A stretch of 64,000 nucleotides of DNA from Candidatus Altiarchaeota archaeon (GCA_043800255.1 JAZDNF010000001.1:1-64000), one strand, 5' to 3'. Shown: positions 26,962 to 37,266, numbered from the stretch's first letter. Notes: generated by a model not told the origin, from the sequence alone. Numbers and translations: made by a program.

Positions 26962-28911
26962 ATGAATAATAAAATGAGGTTTAAGGCACTTATACTACTG
27001 ATTACGCTCTTTTTCATAGCAACTACTGCGTCTGCCACCCAGATTATAGTCCTAAACGAGTCAGAAGAGAAGGTTTACTCTCTTGAGGATGTCCTCCTCT
27101 CAGGCGACCTGAACGCTAACAGTCTGAGCATACAGGGCAAAGGCGAGGTCATAAACGGCAAAAACGTTAAAGTCTATCTATTCGGACCGTCCTCTGACAT
27201 ACTGGTAAAAAATGTTAACGTAAACAACATCCCAACATCAGTCTCATTCGATGGTGATGGCTATTTCTTCATAGCAGACGGAGGCAGTTTCAATTTCAAC
27301 GGAATCTTAGACATCAAAACAATAGGCCAGGTGAAACTCTTTGTCAAAGGGCCTGTGAACAGCCTGCGTTTCGACCTCATTCATGGTTATGCAATAAACG
27401 GAGACCAGTTCGGACTTTATGAGTGGGAGGTAATCCTGCAAAGAGCTGAGAAGGTTTCGATGATAGTTGACGGAAACTTCAAATACACATTCGCTGAGAG
27501 AGACGAGTTCCATTATCTGATAAACTTCAAAGCCTACGGTAGCACACTCGGAGGATACAAGTTAAATCTTCCAAACGGGGAGACGGTCACAACTGTGGTT
27601 GGCGCAAAAAAATGGGAGCAGGTTGGAAGCAACATGAATCTTGATTTCGAGGGAAGCCAGGCTGCTGTCACAGTAAGGGGGTACTTCACTTCCACGAACA
27701 TTAGGATTCCACTCCCCGAAGACAGGCATCACGTTCTCATCGAGTCAGACGCTGAGAAGAAGATCAGCATAATCACATCCGCAAAGGAGTTAGACCTCAA
27801 GGAGTCGCCATTAAGCCCGACATATGGTAACGCCCGTGCATTCCTGGCAGCCAGGAACGATGACTTCACAGTAACAGTTAAAAAACTTGACGTACTGCCC
27901 TCGCTCGCGGCTTCTGTGCGCAGTGCCACCAACTTTGTTGCGATAACGTCCAAGGGTTCAATCCTCGGTGAACTCGTCTACAATTATGCGAACACCGGCG
28001 TTGATTACATAGAAATCGACGCTCCCGGAACACCGCTTTACGCTTCCACAGAACGGCATGCTGTCAAACTGACGAAAGACAACAAATTGTTGCTGTCATT
28101 TCCAAAAGGAGAGCAGGGGACGCTTGATTTTGTCTACTTTACGACTAGGGGCAGGCTGAAACCATTTGACATCGTTGACATTCCCCTCGCCAGGACAGAC
28201 CTTCCGATAACAGAAGCTCGCACTACCATATACCTGCCAAAGGATTACTATGTTGTCGAGACGTTTGGAGTTTCCGGGGGGAGCGAGCTCCCGACAGTGA
28301 AGGCAACACTCCTCTATCTGATTGTTGTTGGCATAATATCAGCGGCATTGGTCAAAGATTCCAAGTTCATGCTATCATATGCCGTCTTCTCGGCAGCTGT
28401 GTTAATATTCGACCCGACGCTGTTCCTGTTGCTCATTGCGGCAACGTTGGCTCTCATAGTCAGAAAGCACATCCCGAAGACGACTCTGAAATGGCTTGTT
28501 GTTGGAGGCGTCGTATTCGTGATATCTCTTGTGGTTGTGGCTGTAATATTCGGTCTTATAAGCAGCGTGGCCAGGCTTAGCAGTCAAACAGTCAACTATG
28601 AGAAGCGGGCAGGCTATGCCATGGTAGACGAGGAGGCAGCCCCGCAGATGCTCTTGGCCTCCAAGGGTCTGGTAGAGGTGGGCGAAGGCGATGCCGCAAT
28701 CACAGTCCCGGTACGAGAGGGCGTATACCCTGTGAAATTCGAGATTCCCAGATTAGGGAAGACAATCTCCGTCGTCAATCATCTAGTCACCAAAGAAAAC
28801 CAGATCAGCCTGAAAATACTGATAGTGAAAGACTGGATAGAATACCTAATCTACCTGATTGGCGCATTAGCTGGCATCAAGTGTTACCGAACAATATACC
28901 CGAGAAAATAG
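26962..28911 (+). CDS. Hypothetical secreted/membrane protein (beta-rich ectodomain, C-terminal TM bundle)
   Basis: Signal peptide; several TMs near residues 450-540 and at the C-terminus. Confidence 0.7.
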   Translation: MNNKMRFKALILLITLFFIATTASATQIIVLNESEEKVYSLEDVLLSGDLNANSLSIQGKGEVINGKNVKVYLFGPSSDILVKNVNVNNIPTSVSFDGDGYFFIADGGSFNFNGILDIKTIGQVKLFVKGPVNSLRFDLIHGYAINGDQFGLYEWEVILQRAEKVSMIVDGNFKYTFAERDEFHYLINFKAYGSTLGGYKLNLPNGETVTTVVGAKKWEQVGSNMNLDFEGSQAAVTVRGYFTSTNIRIPLPEDRHHVLIESDAEKKISIITSAKELDLKESPLSPTYGNARAFLAARNDDFTVTVKKLDVLPSLAASVRSATNFVAITSKGSILGELVYNYANTGVDYIEIDAPGTPLYASTERHAVKLTKDNKLLLSFPKGEQGTLDFVYFTTRGRLKPFDIVDIPLARTDLPITEARTTIYLPKDYYVVETFGVSGGSELPTVKATLLYLIVVGIISAALVKDSKFMLSYAVFSAAVLIFDPTLFLLLIAATLALIVRKHIPKTTLKWLVVGGVVFVISLVVVAVIFGLISSVARLSSQTVNYEKRAGYAMVDEEAAPQMLLASKGLVEVGEGDAAITVPVREGVYPVKFEIPRLGKTISVVNHLVTKENQISLKILIVKDWIEYLIYLIGALAGIKCYRTIYPRK

Positions 28912-28964
28912 GTTTTTTTGTAACCCCGTATTATTCTTTTTGAACGTGCTATAGTCTATATACC

Positions 28965-29816
28965 ATGGAAAAACAGCGCCTCAAAGGCGGGAAACCAATC
29001 GAAGAGAAGCCGGACCACAGCGAGATAGGTTTTCTGAAGTTGCTGACTTTGCCCAGGGAAGAGCGCAAGGCCATTACAGCGCAGAGGAAAAAAGAGCGTA
29101 ATGCCCTCCGCGAGGATAGGAAGATGGCAAGGGAGGAGAAAAAAAGGCTGGCTGATGTTTCAGCATACTACAAAAAGGCTGAGAAAAGGGAGAGGAGCGG
29201 GAAGTTGGACAAGGCCGAAACCTTGTACCGCAGGGCTGCGGAAAAGTACATGCTCAAGGAGGATGGTGCTGGAACAACTCAATCATATTACAAAAAGCAC
29301 AAGAATGAGCGGAAAGTCAACCCAGGATTCTATTCAGCATACGATGGGATGCTACGAGTAGTCCAAAAGAAGGGCGACCCGCTTCTGCTTGCCATTATGT
29401 ACGAGGAGATTGGCGAGTTGGACAAGGCTGGAGAGTCTTATGTTCTGCTATCCCAACAACTCTTCCAGGAGAGGAACAGGCCGGGAGCATTGGATGCCGC
29501 AATCAATGCGCACGCTACGTTTAGCACTTCCGGGAACGGGGAGGGGACTGCCTACGCAGGCGGCATACTGAACAACCTCGGTGTCGGATTCTACGAGCAG
29601 GCTAAGAAAGCAGTACAGTCGAAGGACAATAAGACTGCTGTCAGCAACTTCGTGAGGGCTTACAAGGCTTTTCAGACGGCAGGAAACACAGAGGGAACCG
29701 AGAAGGTAGAGCGCAGATACCCTAAGGTAAAAGATTACCTCAAACAGCAGGAGCAACTTGCAGAGCAGACAAGGGCAGCCGAAAGAGAGGCTCTTGAGAA
29801 GAAAAAACGCTCATAA
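28965..29816 (+). CDS. Hypothetical charged alpha-helical (TPR/SNAP-like) protein
   Basis: Repeated G.LDKA...Y..A patterns; coiled-coil-like ends. Confidence 0.6.
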   Translation: MEKQRLKGGKPIEEKPDHSEIGFLKLLTLPREERKAITAQRKKERNALREDRKMAREEKKRLADVSAYYKKAEKRERSGKLDKAETLYRRAAEKYMLKEDGAGTTQSYYKKHKNERKVNPGFYSAYDGMLRVVQKKGDPLLLAIMYEEIGELDKAGESYVLLSQQLFQERNRPGALDAAINAHATFSTSGNGEGTAYAGGILNNLGVGFYEQAKKAVQSKDNKTAVSNFVRAYKAFQTAGNTEGTEKVERRYPKVKDYLKQQEQLAEQTRAAEREALEKKKRS

Positions 29817-29863
29817 GCCTATCCAGCTCAGACTGAAAGACACTCCTACTGACAGGGCTAAAA

Positions 29864-29965
29864 CTACTTCCTCTTTCTTTTGCCTATGAAGTATCCGACT
29901 ATGAGCCCGAAGATCACTCCTGCGAACTCTAGCGCGAATACCAGCAGCCACAATAGCAGTCTCAT
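29864..29965 (-). CDS. Small single-TM membrane protein (33 aa), below the ORF-track cutoff
   Basis: MRLLLWLLVFALEFAGVIFGLIVGYFIGKRKRK*; AT-rich TTTAAAT about 25 bp upstream. Confidence 0.6.
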   Translation of the reverse strand: MRLLLWLLVFALEFAGVIFGLIVGYFIGKRKRK

Positions 29966-29999
29966 ATATCTAATTATCCTGTCAGATTTAAATATGCTG

Positions 30000-31304
30000 C
30001 TATGAACCTGCCTTAAGTTTCCTGTGCGTGTACTTTCTCGCGTTTTTTCCGACGTAGTCTGCGACTATCTGGCCGTCTCCGAGGAGAAGGTACTTGTATA
30101 TGGTCAGGCCTTCCAATCCTACGGGGCCTCTGGCGTGTATCTTGTTCGTGCTGATACCGACTTCTGTTCCCAACCCGTACCTGAAGCCGTCCGCAAACCT
30201 GGTGGAGCAGTTGCGCATGACAGAGGAGGAGTCGACGAAGCTGAGGAACTTCTGCGCAGCCTTCCCGTCTTCAGTCATTATCATGTCAGTGTGCCCCGAG
30301 CCGTAAGAGTTTATATGCTCTACCGCCTCGTCGATGTCTCTGACAACCTTTACGGATATTATCAGGTCATTGTATTCCGTCCGCCAGTCCTTTTCCAATG
30401 CTTTCCTCACCTTGAAGCCCTTCAGCAGATGCCTTGTTATGGAATCACCCCTGATTTCAACACCATGTTCAGCGTACCTTGCTGCCATCTCAGGCAGGAA
30501 CACGGGCGCGATGTCCCTATGAACCAGGAGCGTCTCAATGGCATTGCACACCGCAGGATACTGGACTTTCGCATCAAGGCATACGTCCCACGCCTTCTTC
30601 AGGTTGGCTCCGCTGTCGACGTAGGCGTGGCATACGCCCTCAGAATGGCCTAACACTGGAATCTTAGTGTGCGCCTGCACGTACTTCACGAACCTGTTAC
30701 TGCCTCTGGGTATCACCAGATTGATATGCTCGTTCAATCTGAGCATCCTGGAAACTTCCTCCCTCGACTCAAGCAGCTGAACCCATCCTCTGGGAAGGCC
30801 CGCCCTCTCGGAAGCTGCCCTCATTATCTCATACAGGAGTCTGTTCGAGCGCTTAGCCTCGCTGCCGCCCTTCAGTATCACAGCGTTACCTGACTTCAGG
30901 CAGAGGGACGCGACCTGTATGCCGACCTCAGGCCTGGATTCAAATATCACTCCAATAACTCCTATAGGACACGACACCTTATGCAGTACGAGATTCCTGT
31001 CAAGTTCCGTCTTCTCCAAGGTTCTTCCAACAGGATCCTCCAATCTCTCAACGCTTCTGACACTCCTGACCAATTCGCTTATCTTGTCATCTGAGAGATC
31101 CAGCCTCTTTATCAGCACTTTGGATAGTCCGGCTTTTCCAGCTGCTCTAACATCAGCCCTGTTAGCCTTCAGGATAATCTTCCTGTTGGCTTGGAGTGCC
31201 TTCGCGACCTCAAACAATGCCCTGTTTTTGGCAGTGGTCGATAAATTAGCCAGACCTATCGAAGCCTTCCTCGCGACCATAACCTTCTCGACTGTTGAGT
31301 CCAT
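30000..31304 (-). CDS. proA: Gamma-glutamyl phosphate reductase
   Basis: IFESRP, LKGGSEA, CNAIETLL, STRFADG, ISTNKIHARGPVGL. Confidence 0.97.
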   Translation of the reverse strand: MDSTVEKVMVARKASIGLANLSTTAKNRALFEVAKALQANRKIILKANRADVRAAGKAGLSKVLIKRLDLSDDKISELVRSVRSVERLEDPVGRTLEKTELDRNLVLHKVSCPIGVIGVIFESRPEVGIQVASLCLKSGNAVILKGGSEAKRSNRLLYEIMRAASERAGLPRGWVQLLESREEVSRMLRLNEHINLVIPRGSNRFVKYVQAHTKIPVLGHSEGVCHAYVDSGANLKKAWDVCLDAKVQYPAVCNAIETLLVHRDIAPVFLPEMAARYAEHGVEIRGDSITRHLLKGFKVRKALEKDWRTEYNDLIISVKVVRDIDEAVEHINSYGSGHTDMIMTEDGKAAQKFLSFVDSSSVMRNCSTRFADGFRYGLGTEVGISTNKIHARGPVGLEGLTIYKYLLLGDGQIVADYVGKNARKYTHRKLKAGS

Positions 31305-31305
31305 A

Positions 31306-32424
31306 CTAAACGAATACCATATTGTCCCTGTCCAATACCGCCTTCTTCGATTTCTTCTGGCCTAGAACGATGTCAACTTCGGCTGTTTTCAAGCCGGAAA
31401 CCCTTCCCAATTCATCGCTCGAATAGTTTGTAATGCCTCTGGCAATCTGCCTACCGGTTGAACTTTCCAGCAAAGTTATAGTATCCCCTGCCTTGAAATT
31501 ACCTTTCACGCCTCCTCTGACAACTCCCGCAGGCAGCAGCGTCTTGCCCTCATGTATCGCCTTAGCCGCGCCCTCGTCTATCGTTATCTCGCCCTTCGAT
31601 GGGGCAGTATACTTTATCCAGTGTTTCTTGTCTGTCAGGCCCTCCTTAGGCAGGAACAGCGTGCCGACATCCTCCCCCTCCAGTATCCTCCCTATTATGT
31701 TCCTCTCAGAGCCATCTGCCAACACCATGGGTATGCCCTTCTCCATAGCCTTCTCGGCAGCAAAGAGTTTAGTGGACATCCCTCCCCTCCCTTTTGAGGT
31801 TCCCCTGCCGCAGGCCTTCCTTATCTCAGGCGTGATGCTCTCAACAACCCGTATCAGATTGGCGTTCTTACTTCTCCTGGGATCCTGCGTGCACAAGCCG
31901 ACGGTGTCTGACAATATTACCAGCAAGTCTGATTCTGCGCTGGCTGCGACCAGCACAGACAGGCTGTCATTGTCACCTGAGACTATCTCCTCAACGGATA
32001 CAGTGTCGTTCTCGTTTATGATTGGAATTACGCCCAGTTTCAGCAGGGCTTTTAGAGTGTTCTGGAAGTTCAGATACTTTTTCCTGTCCCTGAAGTCCTC
32101 ATGCGTCAGCAGCACCTGGGCTATGTTCTGCTCGAGTTTTGAGAAGTTCTTCTCATATGTGTGCATGAGTATGTTCTGCCCGACAGCAGCCGAAGCCTGC
32201 AGCATGGGCATGTCCCTGGGCTTCTGCTTTAATCTCAACTTGCCTATGCCTGCCCCTATGGCACCGGATGTGACCAGAATCGCCTCCCTGCCCGACTTCC
32301 TAAGCCAGACCAGCTGCTCCGCCAGCCGCCCAATACTCTTCTCGTCAAGACGGTTGTCCTTCCCAGTCAGGTTGGACGTCCCAACCTTCACGACAACCCG
32401 CTTAACCTTGGAAAAATCCCGCAT
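31306..32424 (-). CDS. proB: Glutamate 5-kinase (with PUA domain)
   Basis: VVKVGTS, VTSGAIGAG, PIINEND, GDNDSL, GGMSTKL; start at ATG 32424. Confidence 0.96.
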   Translation of the reverse strand: MRDFSKVKRVVVKVGTSNLTGKDNRLDEKSIGRLAEQLVWLRKSGREAILVTSGAIGAGIGKLRLKQKPRDMPMLQASAAVGQNILMHTYEKNFSKLEQNIAQVLLTHEDFRDRKKYLNFQNTLKALLKLGVIPIINENDTVSVEEIVSGDNDSLSVLVAASAESDLLVILSDTVGLCTQDPRRSKNANLIRVVESITPEIRKACGRGTSKGRGGMSTKLFAAEKAMEKGIPMVLADGSERNIIGRILEGEDVGTLFLPKEGLTDKKHWIKYTAPSKGEITIDEGAAKAIHEGKTLLPAGVVRGGVKGNFKAGDTITLLESSTGRQIARGITNYSSDELGRVSGLKTAEVDIVLGQKKSKKAVLDRDNMVFV

Positions 32425-32506
32425 AATAAGATATTCAAGAACAACGCTATAAAACAGCGGTTGCACGCTGCTGGAGAATTTAAATGACCGCTCTTATTCT
32501 TAAAAG

Positions 32507-33466
32507 ATGAACTATTCCCTCTCAAAGTCTGACCTGCCGAAGTTCTTTAACAGCCTGCTGGGGAAGCATGAGGTTATAGCGCCCGTGAACGTCAGGGGAT
32601 GGGACTTCTACCGGCCTGTTAAATCGTTTGATGAAGTCAACATGGGCTACGTCAACACACGGTACTCGCCCAAAGAGTATCTCCTCCCGGTTGAGGAGAG
32701 GATGATATCCTTCGATGGCAGCCTCAAACCAGAGTATGCTAAAATAAAACGTGTGATATTCGGCATGCGACCCTGCGATGTGAACGCTTTCAATGTGATA
32801 GACCTGCTGCTGCTGAGCGAGAGACCTGACCCATACTACAAGAGACGGAGGGACGACACTCTCATAATCGCCATCAACTGCGAGGAGGCGGGAGAGAACT
32901 GCTTCTGCATGTCAATGGGAATGCACAAGGCGGAGCAAGGATACGACCTGCTTCTGACAGAGAACGACAAGGGCTATACAGTCCAAGCCGGCTCCGAAGC
33001 TGGGAGAAAGCTCACAGGAAAAAAGTTCTTCAAAAAGACTGACAAAGAACCTGAGCTCAGGCTGAAATGCAGCAGGATGATACCTGAGAGCGCGATGCAG
33101 AAGCTCAAGAGCTCCTTCGAACATGAGATATGGTCTGAGGAGGCTGACCGGTGCCTCAGCTGCGGAGCATGCACCGTCACCTGCCCCACATGCCCCTGCT
33201 TTGACGTCGACGATGTCATAGAGATAAACCTTAGAAAGGGGAAGAGGGTCAGACGGTGGGACTCATGCCAGCTGAAGGATTTCACGAAGGTGGCAGGCGG
33301 CTACGTTTTCAGGAGCGAGAGGGCAAACAGGCTGAAGCACAGGATATACCACAAGCTGAACTATTACATAGAACAGTTCGGAGTGCCGATGTGCACAGGC
33401 TGCGGAAGGTGCATAACAAACTGCCCAACCAACATTGACATGGTCGAGATTGTGAACAGGCTATGA
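32507..33466 (+). CDS. hydB: Group 3b hydrogenase (sulfhydrogenase) beta subunit, Fe-S
   Basis: GMRPCD, CLSCGACTVTCPTCPC, CTGCGRCITNCP. Confidence 0.88.
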   Translation: MNYSLSKSDLPKFFNSLLGKHEVIAPVNVRGWDFYRPVKSFDEVNMGYVNTRYSPKEYLLPVEERMISFDGSLKPEYAKIKRVIFGMRPCDVNAFNVIDLLLLSERPDPYYKRRRDDTLIIAINCEEAGENCFCMSMGMHKAEQGYDLLLTENDKGYTVQAGSEAGRKLTGKKFFKKTDKEPELRLKCSRMIPESAMQKLKSSFEHEIWSEEADRCLSCGACTVTCPTCPCFDVDDVIEINLRKGKRVRRWDSCQLKDFTKVAGGYVFRSERANRLKHRIYHKLNYYIEQFGVPMCTGCGRCITNCPTNIDMVEIVNRL

Positions 33467-34251
33467 AGAACCCCTACATGCCGGAGAAGGTCAGGATAGC
33501 GAAGGTCTCGGATGAGACCCACGACACGAAGCTGTTCAGGATAAATTCCAGAACAGCGCACACTCCCGGCCAGTTCTATCAGCTGTCGCTGCCCTACTAC
33601 GGCGAGGCTCCGATATCAGTATGCTCATATTCCGACAAGCACTTGGAATTCTGCGTCAGGAACGTCGGAAACCTTACTAATGCGATGCACAAGCTCAAGG
33701 CCGGTGGCAGTCTGTGGCTAAGAGGCCCGTACGGCAAAGGCTACCCTGTGGAGCTGCTGGAGGGCAGGAACATCACAATCGTGGGGGGCGGGACCGGGAC
33801 TGCGCCTGTGAGGAGCGCGGTAGAATACGTGCAGAGGCACAGGAAAAAATTCGGGAGCGTGGACATATTCCTCGGCTTCAGGACGGGGGATGACATACTG
33901 TTCAAGAAGGACATCAGAGCGTGGGAAAAGAAGTTCAGACTGCATCTGACGCTCGACACACCCTGCAATGAGTGGGTGTGCAGCACAGGCTTTGTGACCG
34001 CGCTCATAGAGCAATCGGACATCAGGCCTGAGAATAACACTGTGCTTGCCTGCGGGCCGCCTGTGATGATAAAATCAGCTATAAATGTCCTTGAGGGCAA
34101 AGGTTTTAAGGACGAGCAGATTTACGTGTCACTTGAGCGGCTTATGAAATGCGGCATAAGAAAGTGCGGCAGGTGCATGGTAAACTCCAAATACGTGTGC
34201 CATGACGGGCCGGTGTTCAACCAAAGCGAGGCAAGATGGCTGAAAGACTGA
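33463..34251 (+). CDS. hydG: Group 3b hydrogenase gamma subunit (FAD/NAD(P), 2Fe-2S)
   Basis: GEAPIS, RGPYGKG, CGPPVM, ERLMKCGIRKCGRC, CHDGPVF. Confidence 0.88.
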   Translation: MKNPYMPEKVRIAKVSDETHDTKLFRINSRTAHTPGQFYQLSLPYYGEAPISVCSYSDKHLEFCVRNVGNLTNAMHKLKAGGSLWLRGPYGKGYPVELLEGRNITIVGGGTGTAPVRSAVEYVQRHRKKFGSVDIFLGFRTGDDILFKKDIRAWEKKFRLHLTLDTPCNEWVCSTGFVTALIEQSDIRPENNTVLACGPPVMIKSAINVLEGKGFKDEQIYVSLERLMKCGIRKCGRCMVNSKYVCHDGPVFNQSEARWLKD

Positions 34252-35000
34252 AACCTAAAGTCGGGATATTCTCGATAACGAGCTGCGCAGGCTGCCAGGA
34301 GAGCTTCCTCTTCATACACGACATACTGCCCGAACTGCTTGGGCAGATAGAGATTGTAAACTTCCCGATGATAAAAGAGCAACACGAGGAGGGGCCGTTC
34401 GACATCGCGTTCATAGAAGGGGCAGTGGTAAAGGAGGGTGAGGTTGAGGTTGTCAAAGATATCAGGTCTAAGTCAAAAATCCTGATAGCGTTGGGCAGCT
34501 GCGCCACCTACGGCGGAGTCCCGGCTATGCGTGACTTTGGGTACGAGGAGGACATAATGAAGTCAGTCTATCCTGTGCCAAGTGAGCTGCACCCGACAGC
34601 TGACGTGTACGGCATAGGAAAGTACGTTGAAGTCGACTACTATCTGAGAGGCTGCCCGATGGTCAAGGAGGAAATAGTCAGGGTAATCAAGGACCTCATC
34701 CTTAAGAAAAAGCCCAGGGAAGTCAGCTCTCCGGTGTGCGTCGAGTGCAGGGCCAACGGCAATCCATGCCTGCTGCAGATGGGGCAGCCATGCATAGGCC
34801 CGGTAACGTTCGGAGGATGCAATGCACTGTGCCCAACCAATGAGATACCATGTTACGGGTGCAGGGGCCCGCTTGACGACTCCAACGTTGACAGCCTTGT
34901 CAGCCTGCTGGAGAAGCAGGGCATAGACCGGGAAGGCCTGAAGAGCATATTCCTGAGGTTCGCTGGCACATCAAAGAAGTTCAAGAAGATAAGAGAATGA
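34236..35000 (+). CDS. hydD: [NiFe]-hydrogenase small (delta) subunit
   Basis: TSCAGCQ, LGSCATYGG, GCP, VCVEC, CIGPVTFGGCNALCP, CYGCRG. Confidence 0.9.
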   Translation: MAERLKPKVGIFSITSCAGCQESFLFIHDILPELLGQIEIVNFPMIKEQHEEGPFDIAFIEGAVVKEGEVEVVKDIRSKSKILIALGSCATYGGVPAMRDFGYEEDIMKSVYPVPSELHPTADVYGIGKYVEVDYYLRGCPMVKEEIVRVIKDLILKKKPREVSSPVCVECRANGNPCLLQMGQPCIGPVTFGGCNALCPTNEIPCYGCRGPLDDSNVDSLVSLLEKQGIDREGLKSIFLRFAGTSKKFKKIRE

Positions 35001-36274
35001 CGCATGACATACACTTAGAGCATATCACCAAGATTGAAGGTGATGCGACGCTTAAGGTCAGGATAGAGAAGGGCAGGGTCGAGACTGTAGAACTCCGGGT
35101 TCTAGAAGGCGCCAGATTCTTCGAGGGAATCATAAAGAGAAAAAACTACAGGGACGTGACGTCGCTTGTTTCCAGGATATGCGGCATATGCAGCTGCATA
35201 CACCAGGCGGCGTCGCTCAAGACCCTTGAGACCGCCCTGGAAGTTGAGCCTTCAGAGCAGACGCTCCTCCTGAGGGAGCTCATGTGCCTCGGGGAGAGGC
35301 TCAGAAGCCACGCAACCCACCTGTACTTCCTGGCTCTCCCAGATTATCTGGGATTCGGGTCCGCGGTCTCGATGGGCAAAAAGCACAAGGACAAGATTGC
35401 GAGAGCGTTGAGGATAGTAGCGCTTGGGAATGACATCGTCGAGACAGTAGGCGGCAGGGACATCCACCCTGTTACCGGCGTGGTTGGGGGGTTCTCCAAG
35501 ATGCCTACTGAGAATGAGATGGACTCGCTCCTGAAGAGGGTGAAGGCCATAAAGCAGGATGCTGTCGAGACGGCGGAGCTGTTCTCAAAACTGAAATATC
35601 CCACATTTGAGAGGGAGACGCAGTACTTCGCGCTGGAGGACAGGGAAAGCTACTCCCTCCTTGAGGGGGAGATATCCTGCGTCGGCAACTACTGCATCCC
35701 AGTGAACACTTACGTGCAGCATTTTGAGGAATACATAAAACCGTATTCGACTGCGAAGTTCGTCGTCGCGGAGAAGAAAGGCTACCGGGTCGGCTCTCTC
35801 GCGAGGGTTAACAACAACATGAAGTTCATGAGCAGAGACGCCAGGAAGATTATAAAAAATTCAGGCATAAAGTTCCCAAACCACAACCCATTTGTGAACA
35901 ACTTCTGCCAGGCTGTGGAGAACGTCCACGAGGTTGACCGGATCATTGAGATTCTAAACAGTTTGGAGCTTAAAGACGAGAAGCCGCCGGAAGTAAAAGT
36001 GAAAGCATGCCATGGGGTATCCGCGGTCGAGGCTCCTAGGGGGATACTGTTCCACGATTACGAGTTGGACGGCAAGGGCAACCTGGCGAAAGCCAACATA
36101 ATAACCCCCACCCAGCAGAACCTGCTGAACATCGAGGACGACATACGAGCATACCTTCCGATGCTCCTGAGCCTCGAAAAGGAGAGGATCATACTAGAGC
36201 TTGAGAAACTCATAAGGAGCTACGACCCCTGCATAAGCTGCAGCACCCACTTCCTCAAGGTGAAGGGGCTATAG
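34997..36274 (+). CDS. hydA: [NiFe]-hydrogenase large (alpha) subunit, group 3b
   Basis: L1 RICGIC, EAPRG, L2 DPCISCSTH plus a short C-terminal extension. Confidence 0.93.
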   Translation: MTHDIHLEHITKIEGDATLKVRIEKGRVETVELRVLEGARFFEGIIKRKNYRDVTSLVSRICGICSCIHQAASLKTLETALEVEPSEQTLLLRELMCLGERLRSHATHLYFLALPDYLGFGSAVSMGKKHKDKIARALRIVALGNDIVETVGGRDIHPVTGVVGGFSKMPTENEMDSLLKRVKAIKQDAVETAELFSKLKYPTFERETQYFALEDRESYSLLEGEISCVGNYCIPVNTYVQHFEEYIKPYSTAKFVVAEKKGYRVGSLARVNNNMKFMSRDARKIIKNSGIKFPNHNPFVNNFCQAVENVHEVDRIIEILNSLELKDEKPPEVKVKACHGVSAVEAPRGILFHDYELDGKGNLAKANIITPTQQNLLNIEDDIRAYLPMLLSLEKERIILELEKLIRSYDPCISCSTHFLKVKGL

Positions 36275-36631
36275 GCTTGAGACAAGATGCCTGACCTTTT
36301 TCCGTATGGCTTTGATGTCACCTGTCTGCGGGATGCCTATTATCCTGAATTTTGAACCCTCAGCCTGACTCAACAGTTTCAGCATGAAACCCAGGTCAAA
36401 ATCATGTGCCGTCACTGTGTTGCCTATTGACAGCCTGCTGGCATCCTCTATGAGCGTCACATCCTCTATGCCATGAACGACGTCCAGTATAACGAAATCG
36501 CCTTTGACTTTGAGGACGTCATCAGGCTTGAATGCTACGGTGACGTCAAACTCGTCTAATCCATTAGCAACCTTCAATGCCAGGCTGTCATCATCTACCA
36601 CAGGATTGCCGTAGACGAGAATCTTTTTCAT
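36269..36631 (-). CDS. Hydrogenase maturation protease-like protein
   Basis: MKKILVYGNPVVDDD, ILDV, TAHDFDLG; convergent on the large subunit; start reassigned to ATG 36631. Confidence 0.75.
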   Translation of the reverse strand: MKKILVYGNPVVDDDSLALKVANGLDEFDVTVAFKPDDVLKVKGDFVILDVVHGIEDVTLIEDASRLSIGNTVTAHDFDLGFMLKLLSQAEGSKFRIIGIPQTGDIKAIRKKVRHLVSSL

Positions 36632-36701
36632 GTCAGAATAAACCCTTTTCCAGCTTGCGCTGAAAGTTATTATAATACGACTTCTATAATATATCGGAAA
36701 T

Positions 36702-37256
36702 ATGTCAGAAAAGAAAGCACTTCTCGAGGCTGCGCTGTTCATATCCGCGAGGGGGATGAGCGTGAACGAGATGTCTGAGCTGGTGGGCGTTGAAGCTAAA
36801 GAGGTTGCAGAGCTCATGGACGAGCTGAAAAGAGACTACGAGTCCAGGGGCTCAGGCCTCGAGGTTGTGAAGCAGGGCAGATCATACACTCTTCAAGTTA
36901 GGCCTGAACATGAGGAGACGGTCTTCAAGCTGGCGCCGGTTGCCGATATGCCGAAGACCGTGCTCAAGACGCTTGCGTTGATAGCGCATGAGGAGCCGAT
37001 AAAGCAGTCTAAGCTGATTGTGATGAGAGGCAACAGGGCATACTACTACATTAAGAAGCTGAGGGAGCTTGACCTTGTCAGCGCGAAGAAGAGCGGCCGC
37101 ACCAGGATGCTCACAACAACGCCCAAATTCAAGGAATACTTCTCTGTGGAAACTGTCAAGGGGGTTGTGAAAGCGCCTGAGATTGAGAAGCCAGAAGAGG
37201 CTGGAAAGCCTGATGATGAGCAGAAAACGCAGGAAATAAGGATGGAACTGAAATGA
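36702..37256 (+). CDS. scpB: SMC-Scp complex subunit ScpB
   Basis: LLEAALF, TLALIAHEEPI, TTPKFKEYF. Confidence 0.9.
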   Translation: MSEKKALLEAALFISARGMSVNEMSELVGVEAKEVAELMDELKRDYESRGSGLEVVKQGRSYTLQVRPEHEETVFKLAPVADMPKTVLKTLALIAHEEPIKQSKLIVMRGNRAYYYIKKLRELDLVSAKKSGRTRMLTTTPKFKEYFSVETVKGVVKAPEIEKPEEAGKPDDEQKTQEIRMELK

Positions 37257-37266
37257 GTGTGATACC

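Noticed and set aside
31433-32452. Long antisense ORFs in the track (e.g. 31433-32452, 51217-52065, 52044-52973, 60706-61473, 61523-62383)
   Set aside because: They shadow well-identified genes on the other strand and show Ser/Phe/Leu-rich antisense composition.
34236-36274. Selenocysteine-containing hydrogenase
   Set aside because: All L1/L2 ligands are Cys codons; no in-frame TGA.
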